From the human T2T-CHM13v2.0 reference genome, Homo sapiens, in assembly GCF_009914755.1 (NCBI RefSeq), contig NC_060944.1: 64,000 nt of DNA, one strand, 5' to 3'. Shown piece by piece: positions 35,501 through 61,600 of the stretch. The position numbers and the translations under genes were made by a program. Below the pieces are notes generated by a model, which made no database searches, was not told where the DNA came from, and saw only the letters and a list, made by a program, of their open reading frames with translations. How positions within the stretch are numbered: the stretch's first letter is position 1; each line of letters opens with the position of its first letter.

Positions 35501-38500
35501 GGACATTTGGAGCACTTTGCGGCCTATGTCAGAACAAGTAAGATCCTCACATAACATCTAGACAGAAGCAATCTGAGAAACTCCTTTGTGATGTGTGCAT
35601 TAACCTCAAAGAGTTAAAACTTTCCTTTGATTGAGGAGATTCAAAGCTCTCTTTTTGTAGAGTCTGCAAGCTTACATTTGGAGTGCTTTGAGGACCATGG
35701 TGGAAAAGGAAATAACATAAAAACTAGGCAGAAGAATTCTGAGAAACTTCTTGGTGATGTGTGCATTCATCTCGCAGAGTAGAACCTTTCCTTTGACTGA
35801 GCAGTTTGGAAACATTCTTTTTGTAGAATCTGCTATTGGACATTTGGAGCGCTTTGCAGCCTATGGTAGTAAAAAAGAAAATCTTCACAAAAAATCTAGA
35901 CAGAAGCAATCTGATAAGCTTCTTTGAGATGTGTGCATTCAACTCACAGAATTAAACCATTTTTTTGATTGTGTATTTTGGAAACTCTCTTTTTGTAGAA
36001 GCCGCAAGCAGACATTTGGAGTACTTTGAGGCGTATGGTTGAAAAGGAAATATCTTCACAAAAAAACAAGACAGAAGAATTCTGAAAACCGCTTTATGAT
36101 GTGTGAATTCCTCTCACGGAGTTGAAACTTTCTTTTGATTGAGCAGTATGGAGACTGTGTTTTTGTAGAATCTGTAAGTGGACATTTGGAGCACTTTGAG
36201 GCCCATGGTGGAAAAGGAAATATCTTAAAATAAAAAATAGGCAGAAGAATTCTGAGAAACTTGTTTGTGATGTGTGCATTCATCTCACAAAGTTCAACCT
36301 TTGCTTTGATTGAGCAGTTTGGAAACACTGTTTTTGTAGAATCTGCAATTGGACATTTGGAGCGCTTTGCAGCCTATGGTATAAAAGGAAACATCTTCAC
36401 ATAAAATCTAGACAGAAGCAATCTGGGGAACTTTTTTGAGATGTGTGCATTCATCCCACAGAGTTAAACCTTTCTTTTGATTAAGCAGTTTTGAAACTCT
36501 CTTTTTGTAGAATCTGCAAGTGGACATTTGAAGCGCTTTGAGGTCTATGGTGGAAAAAAATATACTCACATAAAAACTAGAGAGGAGAATTCTGAGAAAC
36601 CTCTTCGTGATGTGTGCATTTATCTCATGGAGATGAATCTTTCTTTTGATTGAGCAGTATGCAGACACTGTTTTTGTATAATCTTCAAGTGGACATTTGT
36701 AACACTTTGCATCCTATGGTGGAATAGGAAATGTCTTCACCTAAAATCTAGACAAAAGCAATCTGAGAAAGTTTTTGTGATGTGTGCATTCATCTCACAG
36801 AGCTAAACCTTTCTTTGATTGAGCAGTTCTGAAACTCTCTTTTTGTAGAATCTGCAAGTGGCCATTTGGAGTACTTGGAGGCCTATGGTGGAAAAGGAAA
36901 TATCTTCACATAAAAAATAGGCAGAAAAATTCTGAGAAACTTCTTTGTGATGTGTGCGTTCATCCCACAAAGTTGAACCTTTATTTTCTTGAGCAGTATG
37001 GAAACAGTCTTTTTGTCAAAGCTGCTAGTGGACTTTTGGAGAGCTTTGCAGTTTATTGAATAAAAAGGAATATTTTCACATTAAATCAAGACAGAAGCAA
37101 TCTGAGAAACTACTTTATGATGTGTGCATTCATCTCACAGAGTTAAAATTGTCTTTTTATGGAGCAATTTTGAAACTCTCTTTTTGAAGAATCAGCAAGT
37201 GGACGTTTGGAGTGCCTTGAGGCCTATGATGGAAAAGGAAATATCTTCACATAAAAACTAGACAGTAGATTTCTGAGAAACTTCTTTCTGATGTGTGCAT
37301 TCACCTCAAAAATTTAAACATTTCTTTTGATTGGGAGTTTTGAAACTCTCTTTTTGTAGAATCTGCAAATGGACATTTGGAGAGCTTGGATGCCTATGGT
37401 GGAAAAGGAAATATCTTCAAATAAAAACTAGGTAGAAGAATCCTGGGAAACTTCTTTGTGATGTGTGCAATCGTTTTTAGGCCTATGGTGGAAAAGGAAA
37501 TATCTTCACATAAAAACTAGAAAGAAGATTTCTGAGAAACTTCTTTGTGATGCTGGCATTCATCTCACACAGTTGAATCTTCCCTTTGATTTAGCAGTTT
37601 GGAAACTCTCTTTTTGTAGATTCTGCAAGTGGACATTTGGAACACCTTCCGGCCTACGTTAGAAAAGGAAATACCTTCACATAAAATCTAGACAGAAGCA
37701 ATCTGAGAAACTTCTTAGGGAAGTGTTCATTCACCTCAAAGAGTGAAACCTTCTTTTGATTGAGGAGTTTCAAAACTCTCCTTTCATAGAATCTGCAAGT
37801 GGACATTTGGAGGGCTTTGAGGAACATTGTGGAAAACAAAATATCTTCACATAAAGACTAGACAGAAGAATTCTGAAAAACTTCTTTGTGATGTGTGCAT
37901 TCATCTCACAGAGTTAAACCTTTCTTTTGATTGAGGAATTTTGAAACTCTCTTTTTGCAGAATCTGAAATTGGATATTTTGAGTGCTTTGAGGCCTATAG
38001 TGGGAAAGGAAATATCTTCACATAAAAACTAGACAGAAGAATTCTGAGAAACTTCTTTGTGTTGTGTGCATTCATCTCACAGAGTTGAAACTTCCTTTTG
38101 ATTGAGCAGTTTGGAAATACTCTTTTTGTAGAATCTGCAAGTGGACATTTTGTGTGCTTTGCAGCCTATGTTATAAGAGAAAATATCTTCACATAAAATC
38201 TAGACTGAAGCAATCTGAGAAAATACTTTGTAATGTGTGCATTCGTCTCACAGAGTTAAACCTTTCTTTTGATTGAACAGTTTTGAAACTCTTTTTGTAG
38301 AATCTGCAAGTGGACATTTGGAGTGCTTTGAAGCCTATGGTGGAAAAGGAACTATCTTCACATAAAAACTAGACAGAAGAATTCTGAGAAACTTCGCTTT
38401 GATGCGTGCGTTCATCTCACCGAGTTGATCCTTTCTTTTGATTCAGCAGTTTGGAAACACTCTTTTTGTAGAATCTGCATGTGGACATTTGGAACGCTTT

Positions 38501-38998
38501 GCTGCCTATCTTAGAAAAGGAAATATCTTCACATAGAATGTAGACAGAACCAATCTGAGAAACTTCTTTGTGATGTGTGAATTCATCTCACAGAGTTAAA
38601 CCTCTCATTTGTTTGAGCGGTTTTTTAACTCTCTTTTTGTATAATCTGCAAGTGGACATTTGGAGCACTTTGAGGCCTATAGTGGAAAAGGAAACATCTT
38701 CACCTAAAAACTAGACAGAAGAATTCTGAGAAACTTCTTTGTGATGTGTGAATTCATCTCACAGAGTTAAACCTCTCATTTGTTTGAGCGGTTTTTTAAC
38801 TCTCTTTTTGTATAATCTGCAAGTGGACATTTGGAGCACTTTGAGACCTATAGTGGAAAAGGAAACATCTTCACCTAAAAACTAGACAGAAGAATTCTGA
38901 GAAACTTCTTTGTGATGTGTGCATTCATCTCACAGAGTTGAGCATTCTTTTGAATGAGCAGTTTGGAAACAATCTTTTTGTGGAGTCTGCAGGTGGAC
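32541..38998 (+). repeat. Divergent dimeric alpha satellite containing an 11-monomer duplication
   Basis: GAGGAGTTTTCAGGCTCTCTTTCTGTAGAATATGC at 33412 and 35291; GAGGAGATTCAAAGCTCTC at 33754 and 35633; GAAGCCGCAAGCAGAC at ~34122 and ~35998. Offsets are 1876-1879 bp. Confidence 0.93.
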
Positions 38999-39001
38999 TG
39001 T

Positions 39002-49639
<10,638 letters not shown>

Positions 49640-49640
<1 letters not shown>

Positions 49641-52600
49641 GTTTTTCCACAGTACGCCTCAAAGCGCTCCAAATATCCACTCTCAGATTCTGTAAAAAGA
49701 GAGATTCAAAACTGGTGAATCAAAAGATAGGTTCAACACTGTGACTTCAGTGCACAACTCACAAAGGTGTTTATCAGAAATCTTCTGTACAGTTTTTATA
49801 TGAAGATATCTCCTTCTCCAAAACACAACTCAAATCCCTACAAATATTCACTTCCAGATTCTACGGAATGATTGTCTCAAAACTACTAAATCAAAACAAA
49901 GGTTCAACTCTGTGATGAATGCACTCATCAGAAAGAAGGTCTCTGAATGCTTCTGTGTAGTTTCTATTTGAAGATATTTCCTTTTCCACTCTAGGGCGAA
50001 ATAGGGCTCCAAATATTCACTTGCAGAATCTACAAAAAGAGAGATTCTAAACTGCTCAATCAACAGATACGTTCAACAATGTGAGTTGAATGCACACATC
50101 ACAAATAAGTTTCACAGAATGCTTCTGGGTAGTTTTTATTTGAAGAAATTTCCCTACCCAGCTCAGGCCTCAAGTCGCTCTAAATATCCACTTGCAGATC
50201 CTACAAAAAGAGTGTGTCAAAACTGCTCAATCAAAAGAAAGGTTCTACTCTGTGAGATGGATGCAAACATCAGAAAGTAGTTTCGCAGAATTCTTCTGCA
50301 TAGTTTTTATGTGAAGATATTTCCTTCTCCACTATAGGTCTCAAAAGGCTCCAAATATCCACTTGCAGATTCGAAAAAAAGACTGTTTCAAAACAGCTCA
50401 ATCCAAAGAAAGGTTCTACTCTGTGAGATGAATGAACACATCATAAAGTAGTTTCTCAGAATGCTTCTGCATAGTTTTTATGTGAAGATATTTCCTTCTC
50501 CACTATAGGCCTCAAAAGCCTCCAAATATCCACTTGCGGATTCTAAAAAAAGAGTGCTTCTAAACTTCTGTATCAAAAGAAAGATTCAACACTGTGAGAT
50601 GAATGCACAGATCACAAAGAAGTTTCTCAGAATGCTTCTGTGTAGTTTTTATGTGAAGATATTTGTTTTTCCACAGTAGTCCCCAATGAGCTCCAAATAT
50701 CCACTTGCAGATTCTACAAAAAGAGTGTTTCAAAACTGCTCAATCAACAGAGACATTCAACTCTGTGAGATGAATGCACCCATCACAAAGAAGTTTCTCA
50801 GAATGCTTCTGTGTAGTTTTTGTGTGAAGACATTTCATTTTCCACAGTATGCCTCAAAGCGCTCCAAATATCCACTCTCAGATTCTGTAAAAAGAGAGAT
50901 TCCAAACTGCTGAATCAAAAGATAGGTTCAACACTGTGACTTAGGTGCACAATTCACAAAGATGTTCCTCAGAAATCTTCTGTGTAGTTTTTATATGAAG
51001 ATATCTCCTCCTCCAAAACAGATCTCAAAGCCCTCCAAATATTCACTTCCAGATTGTACGGAAAGATTGTGTCAAAACTGCTAAATCAAAACAAAGGTTC
51101 AACTCTGTGATGAATGCACTCATCAGAAAGAAGGTTCTCTGAATGCTTCTGTGTAGTTTCTATTTGAAGATATTTCCTTTTCCAATATAGGGCAAAATAG
51201 GGCCCCAAATATTCACTTGCAGATTCTACAAAAAGGGAGATTCTAAACTGCTCAATCAACAGATACCTTCAACAATGTGAGTTGAATGCACACATCGCAA
51301 ATAAGTTTCACAGAATGCTTCTGGGTAGTTTTTAGTTGAAGAAATTTCCCTTTCCACAATAGGCCTCAAATCACTCTAAATATCCACTTGCAGATTCTAC
51401 AAAAAGAGTGTTTCAAAACTGCTCAATCCAAAGAAAGGTTGTACCCTGTGAGATGAATGCACGCATCACAAAGTAGTTTCTCAGAATGCTTCTGCATAGT
51501 TTTTATGTGAAGATATTTCCTTCTACACTGTAGGCCTGAAAAGGCTCCAAATATCCATTTACAGATTCTAAAAAAGAGTGTTTCAAAACTGCTATATCAA
51601 TAGAAACATCCAACTCTGTGAGATGAATGCACAGATCACAAAGAAGTTTCTCAGAATGCTTCTGTGTAGTTTTTATGTGAAGATATTTGATTTTCCACAG
51701 TAGGCCCCAATGAGCTCCAAATATCCACTTGCAGATTCCACAAAAAGAGTGTTTCAAAACTGCTCAATCAACAGAGACATTCAACTCTGTGAGATGAATG
51801 CACACATCACAAAGAAGTTTCTCAGAATGCTTCTGTGTAGTTTTTGTGTGAAGATATTTCATTTTCCACAGTACGCCTCAAAGCGCTCCAAATATCCACT
51901 CTCAGATTCTGTAAAAAGAGAGATTCAAAACTGCTGAATCAAAAGATAGGTTCAACACTGTCACTTCAGTGCACAACTCACAAAGATGTTTCTCAGAATG
52001 CTTCTGTGTAGTTTTTGTGTGAAGATAATTCATTTTCCACAGTACGCCTCAAAGCGCTCCAAATATCCACTCGCAGATTCTGTAAAAAGAAAGATTCAAA
52101 ACTGCTGAATCAAAAGATACGTTCAACAATGTGAGCTGAATGCACACATCACAAATAAGGTTGACAGAATGCTTCTGGGTAGTTTTTTTTGAAGAAATTT
52201 CCCTTTCCACAATAGGCCTCAAATTGCTCTAAATATCCACTTGCAGATTCTACAGAAAGAATGTTTCAAAACTGCTCAGTCAAAAGAAAGGTTGTACTCT
52301 GTGAGGTGAATGCACACTTCACAAAGTAGTTTCTCAGAATGCTTCTGCATAGTTTTTATGTGAAGATATTTCCTTCCCCACTATAGGCCTCAAAGGCTCC
52401 AAATATCCACTTGTAGATTCTAAAAAAATAGTGTTTCAAAACTGCTGTATCAAAAGAAAGATTCAACTCTGTGAGATGGATGCACAGATCACAAAGAAGT
52501 TTCTCATAAAGCTTCTGTGTAGTTTTTATGTGAAGATATTTGTTTTTCCACAGCAGGCCCCAATGAACTCCAAATATCCACTTGCAGATTCTATAAAAAG

Positions 52601-55600
52601 AGTGTTTCAAAACTGCTCAATCAACAGAGACATTCAACTCTGTGAGATGAATGCACTCATCACAAAGAAGTTTCTCAGAATGCTTCTGTGCAGTTTTTGT
52701 GTGAAGATATTTCATTTTCCACAGTACGCCTCAAAGCGCTCCAAATATCCACTCTCAGATTCTGTAAAAAGAGAGATTCAAAACTGGTGAATCAAAAGAT
52801 AGGTTCAACACTGTGACTTCAGTGCACAACTCACAAAGGTGTTTATCAGAAATCTTCTGTACAGTTTTTATATGAAGATATCTCCTTCTCCAAAACACAA
52901 CTCAAATCCCTACAAATATTCACTTCCAGATTCTACGGAATGATTGTCTCAAAACTACTAAATCAAAACAAAGGTTCAACTCTGTGATGAACGCACTCAT
53001 CAGAAAGAAGGTTCTCTGAATGCTTCTGTGTAGTTTCTATTTGAAGATATTTCCTTTTCCACTCTAGGGCGAAATAGGGCTCCAAATATTCACTTGCAGA
53101 ATCTACAAAAAGAGAGATTCTAAACTGCTCAATCAACAGATACGTTCAACAATGTGAGTTGAATGCACACATCACAAATAAGTTTCACAGAATGCTTCTG
53201 GGTAGTTTTTATTTGAAGAAATTTCCCTACCCAGCTCAGGCCTCAAGTCGCTCTAAATATCCACTTGTAGATCCTACAAAAAGAGTGTGTCAAAACTGCT
53301 CAATCAAAAGAAAGGTTCTACTCTGTGAGATGGATGCAAACATCAGAAAGTAGTTTCGCAGAATTCTTCTGCATAGTTTTTATGTGAAGATATTTCCTTC
53401 TCCACTATAGGTCTCAAAAGGCTCCAAATATCCACTTGCAGATTCGAAAAAAAGACTGTTTCAAAACAGCTCAATCCAAAGAAAGGTTCTACTCTGTGAG
53501 ATGAATGAACACATCATAAAGTAGTTTCTCAGAATGCTTCTGCATAGTTTTTATGTGAAGATATTTCCTTCTCCACTATAGGCCTCAAAAGCCTCCAAAT
53601 ATCCACTTGCGGATTCTAAAAAAAGAGTGCTTCTAAACTTCTGTACCAAAAGAAAGATTCAACACTGTGAGATGAATGCACAGATCACAAAGAAGTTTCT
53701 CAGAATGCTTCTGTGTAGTTTTTATGTGAAGATATTTGTTTTTCCACAGTAGTCCCCAATGAGCTCCAAATATCCACTTGCAGATTCTACAAAAAGAGTG
53801 TTTCAAAACTGCTCAATCAACAGAGACATTCAACTCTGTGAGATGAATGCACCCATCACAAAGAAGTTTCTCAGAATGCTTCTGTGTAGTTTTTGTGTGA
53901 AGACATTTCATTTTCCACAGTATGCCTCAAAGCGCTCCAAATATCCACTCTCAGATTCTGTAAAAAGAGAGATTCCAAACTGCTGAATCAAAAGATAGGT
54001 TCAACACTGTGACTTAGGTGCACAATTCACAAAGATGTTCCTCAGAAATCTTCTGTGTAGTTTTTATATGAAGATATCTCCTCCTCCAAAACAGATCTCA
54101 AAGCCCTCCAAATATTCACTTCCAGATTGTACGGAAAGATTGTGTCAAAACTGCTAAATCAAAACAAAGGTTCAACTCTGTGATGAATGCACTCATCAGA
54201 AAGAAGGTTCTCTGAATGCTTCTGTGTAGTTTCTATTTGAAGATATTTCCTTTTCCAATATAGGGCAAAATAGGGACCCAAATATTCACTTGCAGATTCT
54301 AGAAAAAGGGAGATTCTAAACTGCTCAATCAACAGATACCTTCAACAATGTGAGTTGAATGCACACATCGCAAATAAGTTTCACAGAATGCTTCTGGGTA
54401 GTTTTTAGTTGAAGAAATTTCCCTTTCCACAATAGGCCTCAAATCACTCTAAATATCCACTTGCAGATTCTACAAAAAGAGTGTTTCAAAACTGCTCAAT
54501 CCAAAGAAAGGTTGTACCCTGTGAGATGAATGCACGCATCACAAAGTAGTTTCTCAGAATGCTTCTGCATAGTTTTTATGTGAAGATATTTCCTTCTACA
54601 CTGTAGGCCTGAAAAGGCTCCAAATATCCATTTACAGATTCTAAAAAAGAGTGTTTCAAAACTGCTATATCAATAGAAACATCCAACTCTGTGAGATGAA
54701 TGCACAGATCACAAAGAAGTTTTTCAGAATGCTTCTGTGTAGTTTTTATGTGAAGATATTTGATTTTCCACAGTAGGCCCCAACGAGCTCCAAATATCCA
54801 CTTGCAGATTCCACAAAAAGAGTGTTTCAAAACTGCTCAATCAACAGAGACATTCAACTCTGTGAGATGAATGCACACATCACAAAGAAGTTTCTCAAAA
54901 TGCTTCTGTGTAGTTTTTGTGTGAAGATATTTCATTTTCCACAGTACGCCTCAAAGCGCTCCAAATATCCACTCTCAGATTCTGTAAAAAGAGAGATTCA
55001 AAACTGCTGAATCAAAAGATAGGTTCAACACTGTCACTTCAGTGCACAACTCACAAAGATGTTTCTCAGAATGCTTCTGTGTAGTTTTTGTGTGAAGATA
55101 ATTCATTTTCCACAGTACGCCTCAAAGCGCTCCAAATATCCACTCACAGATTCTGTAAAAAGAAAGATTCAAAACTGCTGAATCAAAAGATACGTTCAAC
55201 AATGTGAGCTGAATGCACACATCACAAATAAGGTTGACAGACTGCTTCTGGGTAGTTTTTATTTGAAGAAATTTCCCTTTCCACAATAGGCCTCAAATTG
55301 CTCTAAATATCCACTTGCAGATTCTACAGAAAGAATGTTTCAAAACTGCTCAGTCAAAAGAAAGGTTGTACTCTGTGAGGTGAATGCACACATCACAAAG
55401 TAGTTTCTCAGAATGCTTCTGCATAGTTTTTATGTGAAGATATTTCCTTCCCCACTATAGGCCTCAAAGGCTCCAAATATCCACTTGTAGATTCTAAAAA
55501 AATAGTGTTTCAAAACTGCTGTATCAAAAGAAAGATTCAACTCTGTGAGATGGATGCACAGATCACAAAGAAGTTTCTCATAAAGCTTCTGTGTAGTTTT

Positions 55601-58600
55601 TATGTGAAGATATTTGTTTTTCCACAGCAGGCCCCAATGAACTCCAAATATCCACTTGCAGATTCTATAAAAAGAGTGTTTCAAAACTGCTCAATCAACA
55701 GAGACATTCAACTCTGTGAGATGAATGCACACATCACAAAGAAGTTTCTCAGAATGCTTCTGTGCAGTTTTTGTGTGAAGATATTTCATTTTCCACAGTA
55801 CGCCTCAAAGCGCTCCAAATATCCACTCGCAGGTTCTGTAAAAAGAGAGATTCAAAACTGGTGAATCAAAAGATAGGTTCAACACTGTGACTTCAGTGCA
55901 CAACTCACAAAGGTGTTTATCAGAAATCTTCTGTACAGTTTTTATATGAAGATATCTCCTTCTCCAAAACACAACTCAAATCCCTACAAATATTCACTTC
56001 CAGATTCTACGGAATGATTGTCTCAAAACTACTAAATCAAAACAAAGGTTCAACTCTGTGATGAATGCACTCATCAGAAAGAAGGTTCTCTGAATGCTTC
56101 TGTGTAGTTTCTATTTGAAGATATTTCCTTTTCCACTCTAGGGCGAAATAGGGCTCCAAATATTCACTTGCAGAATCTACAAAAAGAGAGATTCTAAACT
56201 GCTCAATCAACAGATACGTTCAACAATGTGAGTTGAATGCACACATCACAAATAAGTTTCACAGAATGCTTCTGGGTAGTTTTTATTTGAAGAAATTTCC
56301 CTACCCAGCTCAGGCCTCAAGTCGCTCTAAATATCCACTTGCAGATCCTACAAAAAGAGTGTGTCAAAACTGCTCAATCAAAAGAAAGGTTCTACTCTGT
56401 GAGATGGATGCAAACATCAGAAAGTAGTTTCGCAGAATTCTTCTGCATAGTTTTTATGTGAAGATATTTCCTTCTCCACTATAGGTCTCAAAAGGCTCCA
56501 AATATCCACTTGCAGATTCGAAAAAAAGACTGTTTCAAAACAGCTCAATCCAAAGAAAGGTTCTACTCTGTGAGATGAATGAACACATCATAAAGTAGTT
56601 TCTCAGAATGCTTCTGCATAGTTTTTATGTGAAGATATTTCCTTCTCCACTATAGGCCTCAAAAGCCTCCAAATATCCACTTGCGGATTCTAAAAAAAGA
56701 GTGCTTCTAAACTTCTGTATCAAAAGAAAGATTCAACACTGTGAGATGAATGCACAGATCACAAAGAAGTTTCTCAGAATGCTTCTGTGTAGTTTTTATG
56801 TGAAGATATTTGTTTTTCCACAGTAGTCCCCAATGAGCTCCAAATATCCACTTGCAGATTCTACAAAAAGAGTGTTTCAAAACTGCTCAATCAACAGAGA
56901 CATTCAACTCTGTGAGATGAATGCACCCATCACAGAGAAGTTTCTCAGAATGCTTCTGTGTAGTTTTTGTGTGAAGACATTTCATTTTCCACAGTATGCC
57001 TCAAAGCGCTCCAAATATCCACTCTCAGATTCTGTAAAAAGAGAGATTCCAAACTGCTGAATCAAAAGATAGGTTCAACACTGTGACTTAGGTGCACAAT
57101 TCACAAAGATGTTCCTCAGAAATCTTCTGTGTAGTTTTTATATGAAGATATCTCCTCCTCCAAAACAGATCTCAAAGCCCTCCAAATATTCACTTCCAGA
57201 TTGTACGGAAAGATTGTGTCAAAACTGCTAAATCAAAACAAATGTTCAACTCTGTGATGAATGCACTCATCAGAAAGAAGGTTCTCTGAATGCTTCTGTG
57301 TAGTTTCTATTTGAAGATATTTCCTTTTCCAATATAGGGCAAAATAGGGCCCCAAATATTCACTTGCAGATTCTACAAAAAGGGAGATTCTAAACTGCTC
57401 AATCAACAGATACCTTCAACAATGTGAGTTGAATGCACACATCGCAAATAAGTTTCACAGAATGCTTCTGGGTAGTTTTTAGTTGAAGAAATTTCCCTTT
57501 CCACAATAGGCCTCAAATCACTCTAAATATCCACTTGCAGATTCTACAAAAAGAGTGTTTCAAAACTGCTCAATCCAAAGAAAGGTTGTACCCTGTGAGA
57601 TGAATGCACGCATCACAAAGTAGTTTCTCAGAATGCTTCTGCATAGTTTTTATGTGAAGATATTTCCTTCTACACTGTAGGCCTGAAAAGGCTCCAAATA
57701 TCCATTTACAGATTCTAAAAAAGAGTGTTTCAAAACTGCTATATCAATAGAAACATCCAACTCTGTGAGATGAATGCACAGATCACAAAGAAGTTTTTCA
57801 GAATGCTTCTGTGTAGTTTTTATGTGAAGATATTTGATTTTCCACAGTAGGCCCCAACGAGCTCCAAATATCCACTTGCAGATTCCACAAAAAGAGTGTT
57901 TCAAAACTGCTCAATCAACAGAGACATTCAACTCTGTGAGATGAATGCACACATCACAAAGAAGTTTCTCAAAATGCTTCTGTGTAGTTTTTGTGTGAAG
58001 ATATTTCATTTTCCACAGTACGCCTCAAAGCGCTCCAAATATCCACTCTCAGATTCTGTAAAAAGAGAGATTCAAAACTGCTGAATCAAAAGATAGGTTC
58101 AACACTGTCACTTCAGTGCACAACTCACAAAGATGTTTCTCAGAATGCTTCTGTGTAGTTTTTGTGTGAAGATAATTCATTTTCCACAGTACGCCTCAAA
58201 GCGCTCCAAATATCCACTCACAGATTCTGTAAAAAGAAAGATTCAAAACTGCTGAATCAAAAGATACGTTCAACAATGTGAGCTGAATGCACACATCACA
58301 AATAAGGTTGACAGAATGCTTCTGGGTAGTTTTTATTTGAAGAAATTTCCCTTTCCACAATAGGCCTCAAATTGCTCTAAATATCCACTTGCAGATTCTA
58401 CAGAGAGAATGTTTCAAAACTGCTCAGTCAAAAGAAAGGTTGTACTCTGTGAGGTGAATGCACACATCACAAAGTAGTTTCTCAGAATGCTTCTGCATAG
58501 TTTTTATGTGAAGATATTTCCTTCCCCACTATAGGCCTCAAAGGCTCCAAATATCCACTTGTAGATTCTAAAAAAATAGTGTTTCAAAACTGCTGTATCA

Positions 58601-61600
58601 AAAGAAAGATTCAACTCTGTGAGATGGATGCACAGATCACAAAGAAGTTTCTCATAAAGCTTCTGTGTAGTTTTTATGTGAAGATATTTGTTTTTCCACA
58701 GCAGGCCCCAATGAACTCCAAATATCCACTTGCAGATTCTATAAAAAGAGTGTTTCAAAACTGCTCAATCAACAGAGACATTCAACTCTGTGAGATGAAT
58801 GCACACATCACAAAGAAGTTTCTCAGAATGCTTCTGTGCAGTTTTTGTGTGAAGATATTTCATTTTCCACAGTACGCCTCAAAGCGCTCCAAATATCCAC
58901 TCGCAGGTTCTGTAAAAAGAGAGATTCAAAACTGGTGAATCAAAAGATAGGTTCAACACTGTGACTTCAGTGCACAACTCACAAAGGTGTTTATCAGAAA
59001 TCTTCTGTACAGTTTTTATATGAAGATATCTCCTTCTCCAAAACACAACTCAAATCCCTACAAATATTCACTTCCAGATTCTACGGAATGATTGTCTCAA
59101 AACTACTAAATCAAAACAAAGGTTCAACTCTGTGATGAATGCACTCATCAGAAAGAAGGTTCTCTGAATGCTTCTGTGTAGTTTCTATTTGAAGATATTT
59201 CCTTTTCCACTCTAGGGCGAAATAGGGCTCCAAATATTCACTTGCAGAATCTACAAAAAGAGAGATTCTAAACTGCTCAATCAACAGATACGTTCAACAA
59301 TGTGAGTTGAATGCACACATCACAAATAAGTTTCACAGAATGCTTCTGGGTAGTTTTTATTTGAAGAAATTTCCCTACCCAGCTCAGGCCTCAAGTCGCT
59401 CTAAATATCCACTTGCAGATCCTACAAAAAGAGTGTGTCAAAACTGCTCAATCAAAAGAAAGGTTCTACTCTGTGAGATGGATGCAAACATCAGAAAGTA
59501 GTTTCGCAGAATTCTTCTGCATAGTTTTTATGTGAAGATATTTCCTTCTCCACTATAGGTCTCAAAAGGCTCCAAATATCCACTTGCAGATTCGAAAAAA
59601 AGACTGTTTCAAAACAGCTCAATCCAAAGAAAGGTTCTACTCTGTGAGATGAATGAACACATCATAAAGTAGTTTCTCAGAATGCTTCTGCATAGTTTTT
59701 ATGTGAAGATATTTCCTTCTCCACTATAGGCCTCAAAAGCCTCCAAATATCCACTTGCGGATTCTAAAAAAAGAGTGCTTCTAAACTTCTGTACCAAAAG
59801 AAAGATTCAACACTGTGAGATGAATGCACAGATCACAAAGAAGTTCCTCAGAATGCTTCTGTGTAGTCTTTATGTGAAGATATTTGTTTTTCCACAGTAG
59901 TCCCCAATGAGCTCCAAATATCCACTTGCAGATTCTACAAAAAGAGTGTTTCAAAACTGCTCAATCAACAGAGACATTCAACTCTGTGAGATGAATGCAC
60001 CCATCACAAAGAAGTTTCTCGGAATGCTTCTGTGTAGTTTTTGTGTGAAGACATTTCATTTTCCACAGTATGCCTCAAAGCGCTCCAAATATCCACTCTC
60101 AGATTCTGTAAAAAAAAGAGAGATTCCAAACTGCTGAATCAAAAGATAGGTTCAACACTGTGACTTAGGTGCACAATTCACAAAGATGTTCCTCAGAAAT
60201 CTTCTGTGTAGTTTTTATATGAAGATATCTCCTCCTCCAAAACAGATCTCAAAGCCCTCCAAATATTCACTCCCAGATTGTACGGAAAGATTGTGTCAAA
60301 ACTGCTAAATCAAAACAAAGGTTCAACTCTGTGATGAATGCACTCATCAGAAAGAAGGTTCTCTGAATGCTTCTGTGTAGTTTCTATTTGAAGATATTTC
60401 CTTTTCCAATATAGGGCAAAATAGGGCCCCAAATATTCACTTGCAGATTCTGCAAAAAGGGAGATTCTAAACTGCTCAATCAACAGATACCTTCAACAAT
60501 GTGATTTGAATGCACACATCGCAAATAAGTTTCACAGAATGCTTCTGGGTAGTTTTTAGTTGAAGAAATTTCCCTTTCCACAATAGGCCTCAAATCACTC
60601 TAAATATCCACTTGCAGATTCTACAAAAAGAGTGTTTCAAAACTGCTCAATCCAAAGAAAGGTTGTACCCTGTGAGATGAATGCACGCATCACAAAGTAG
60701 TTTCTCAGAATGCTTCTGCATAGTTTTTATGTGAAGATATTTCCTTCTACACTGTAGGCCTGAAAAGGCTCCAAATATCCATTTACAGATTCTAAAAAAA
60801 AAGTGTTTCAAAACTGCTATATCAATAGAAACATCCAACTCTGTGAGATGAATGCACAGATCACAAAGAAGTTTCTCAGAATGCTTCTGTGTAGTTTTTA
60901 TGTGAAGATATTTGATTTTCCACAGTAGGCCCCAACGAGCTCCAAATATCCACTTGCAGATTCCACAAAAAGAGTGTTTCAAAACTGCTCAATCAACAGA
61001 GACATTCAACTCTGTGAGATGAATGCACACATCACAAAGAAGTTTCTCAGAATGCTTCTGTGTAGTTTTTGTGTGAAGATATTTCATTTTCCACAGTACG
61101 CCTCAAAGCGCTCCAAATATCCACTCTCAGATTCTGTAAAAAGAGAGATTCAAAACTGCTGAATCAAAAGATAGGTTCAACACTGTCACTTCAGTGCACA
61201 ACTCACAAAGATGTTTCTCAGAATGCTTCTGTGTAGTTTTTGTGTGAAGATAATTCATTTTCCACAGTACGCCTCAAAGCGCTCCAAATATCCACTCACA
61301 GATTCTGTAAAAAGAAAGATTCAAAACTGCTGAATCAAAAGATACGTTCAACAATGTGAGCTGAATGCACACATCACAAATAAGGTTGACAGAATGCTTC
61401 TGGGTAGTTTTTATTTGAAGAAATTTCCCTTTCCACAATAGGCCTCAAATTGCTCTAAATATCCACTTGCAGATTCTACAGAGAGAATGTTTCAAAACTG
61501 CTCAGTCAAAAGAAAGGTTGTACTCTGTGAGGTGAATGCACACATCACAAAGTAGTTTCTCAGAATGCTTCTGCATAGTTTTTATGTGAAGATATTTCCT

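Noticed and set aside
37455-37485. Monomer with an internal deletion of ~90 bp
   Set aside because: This is ordinary decay of old satellite and occurs only once.
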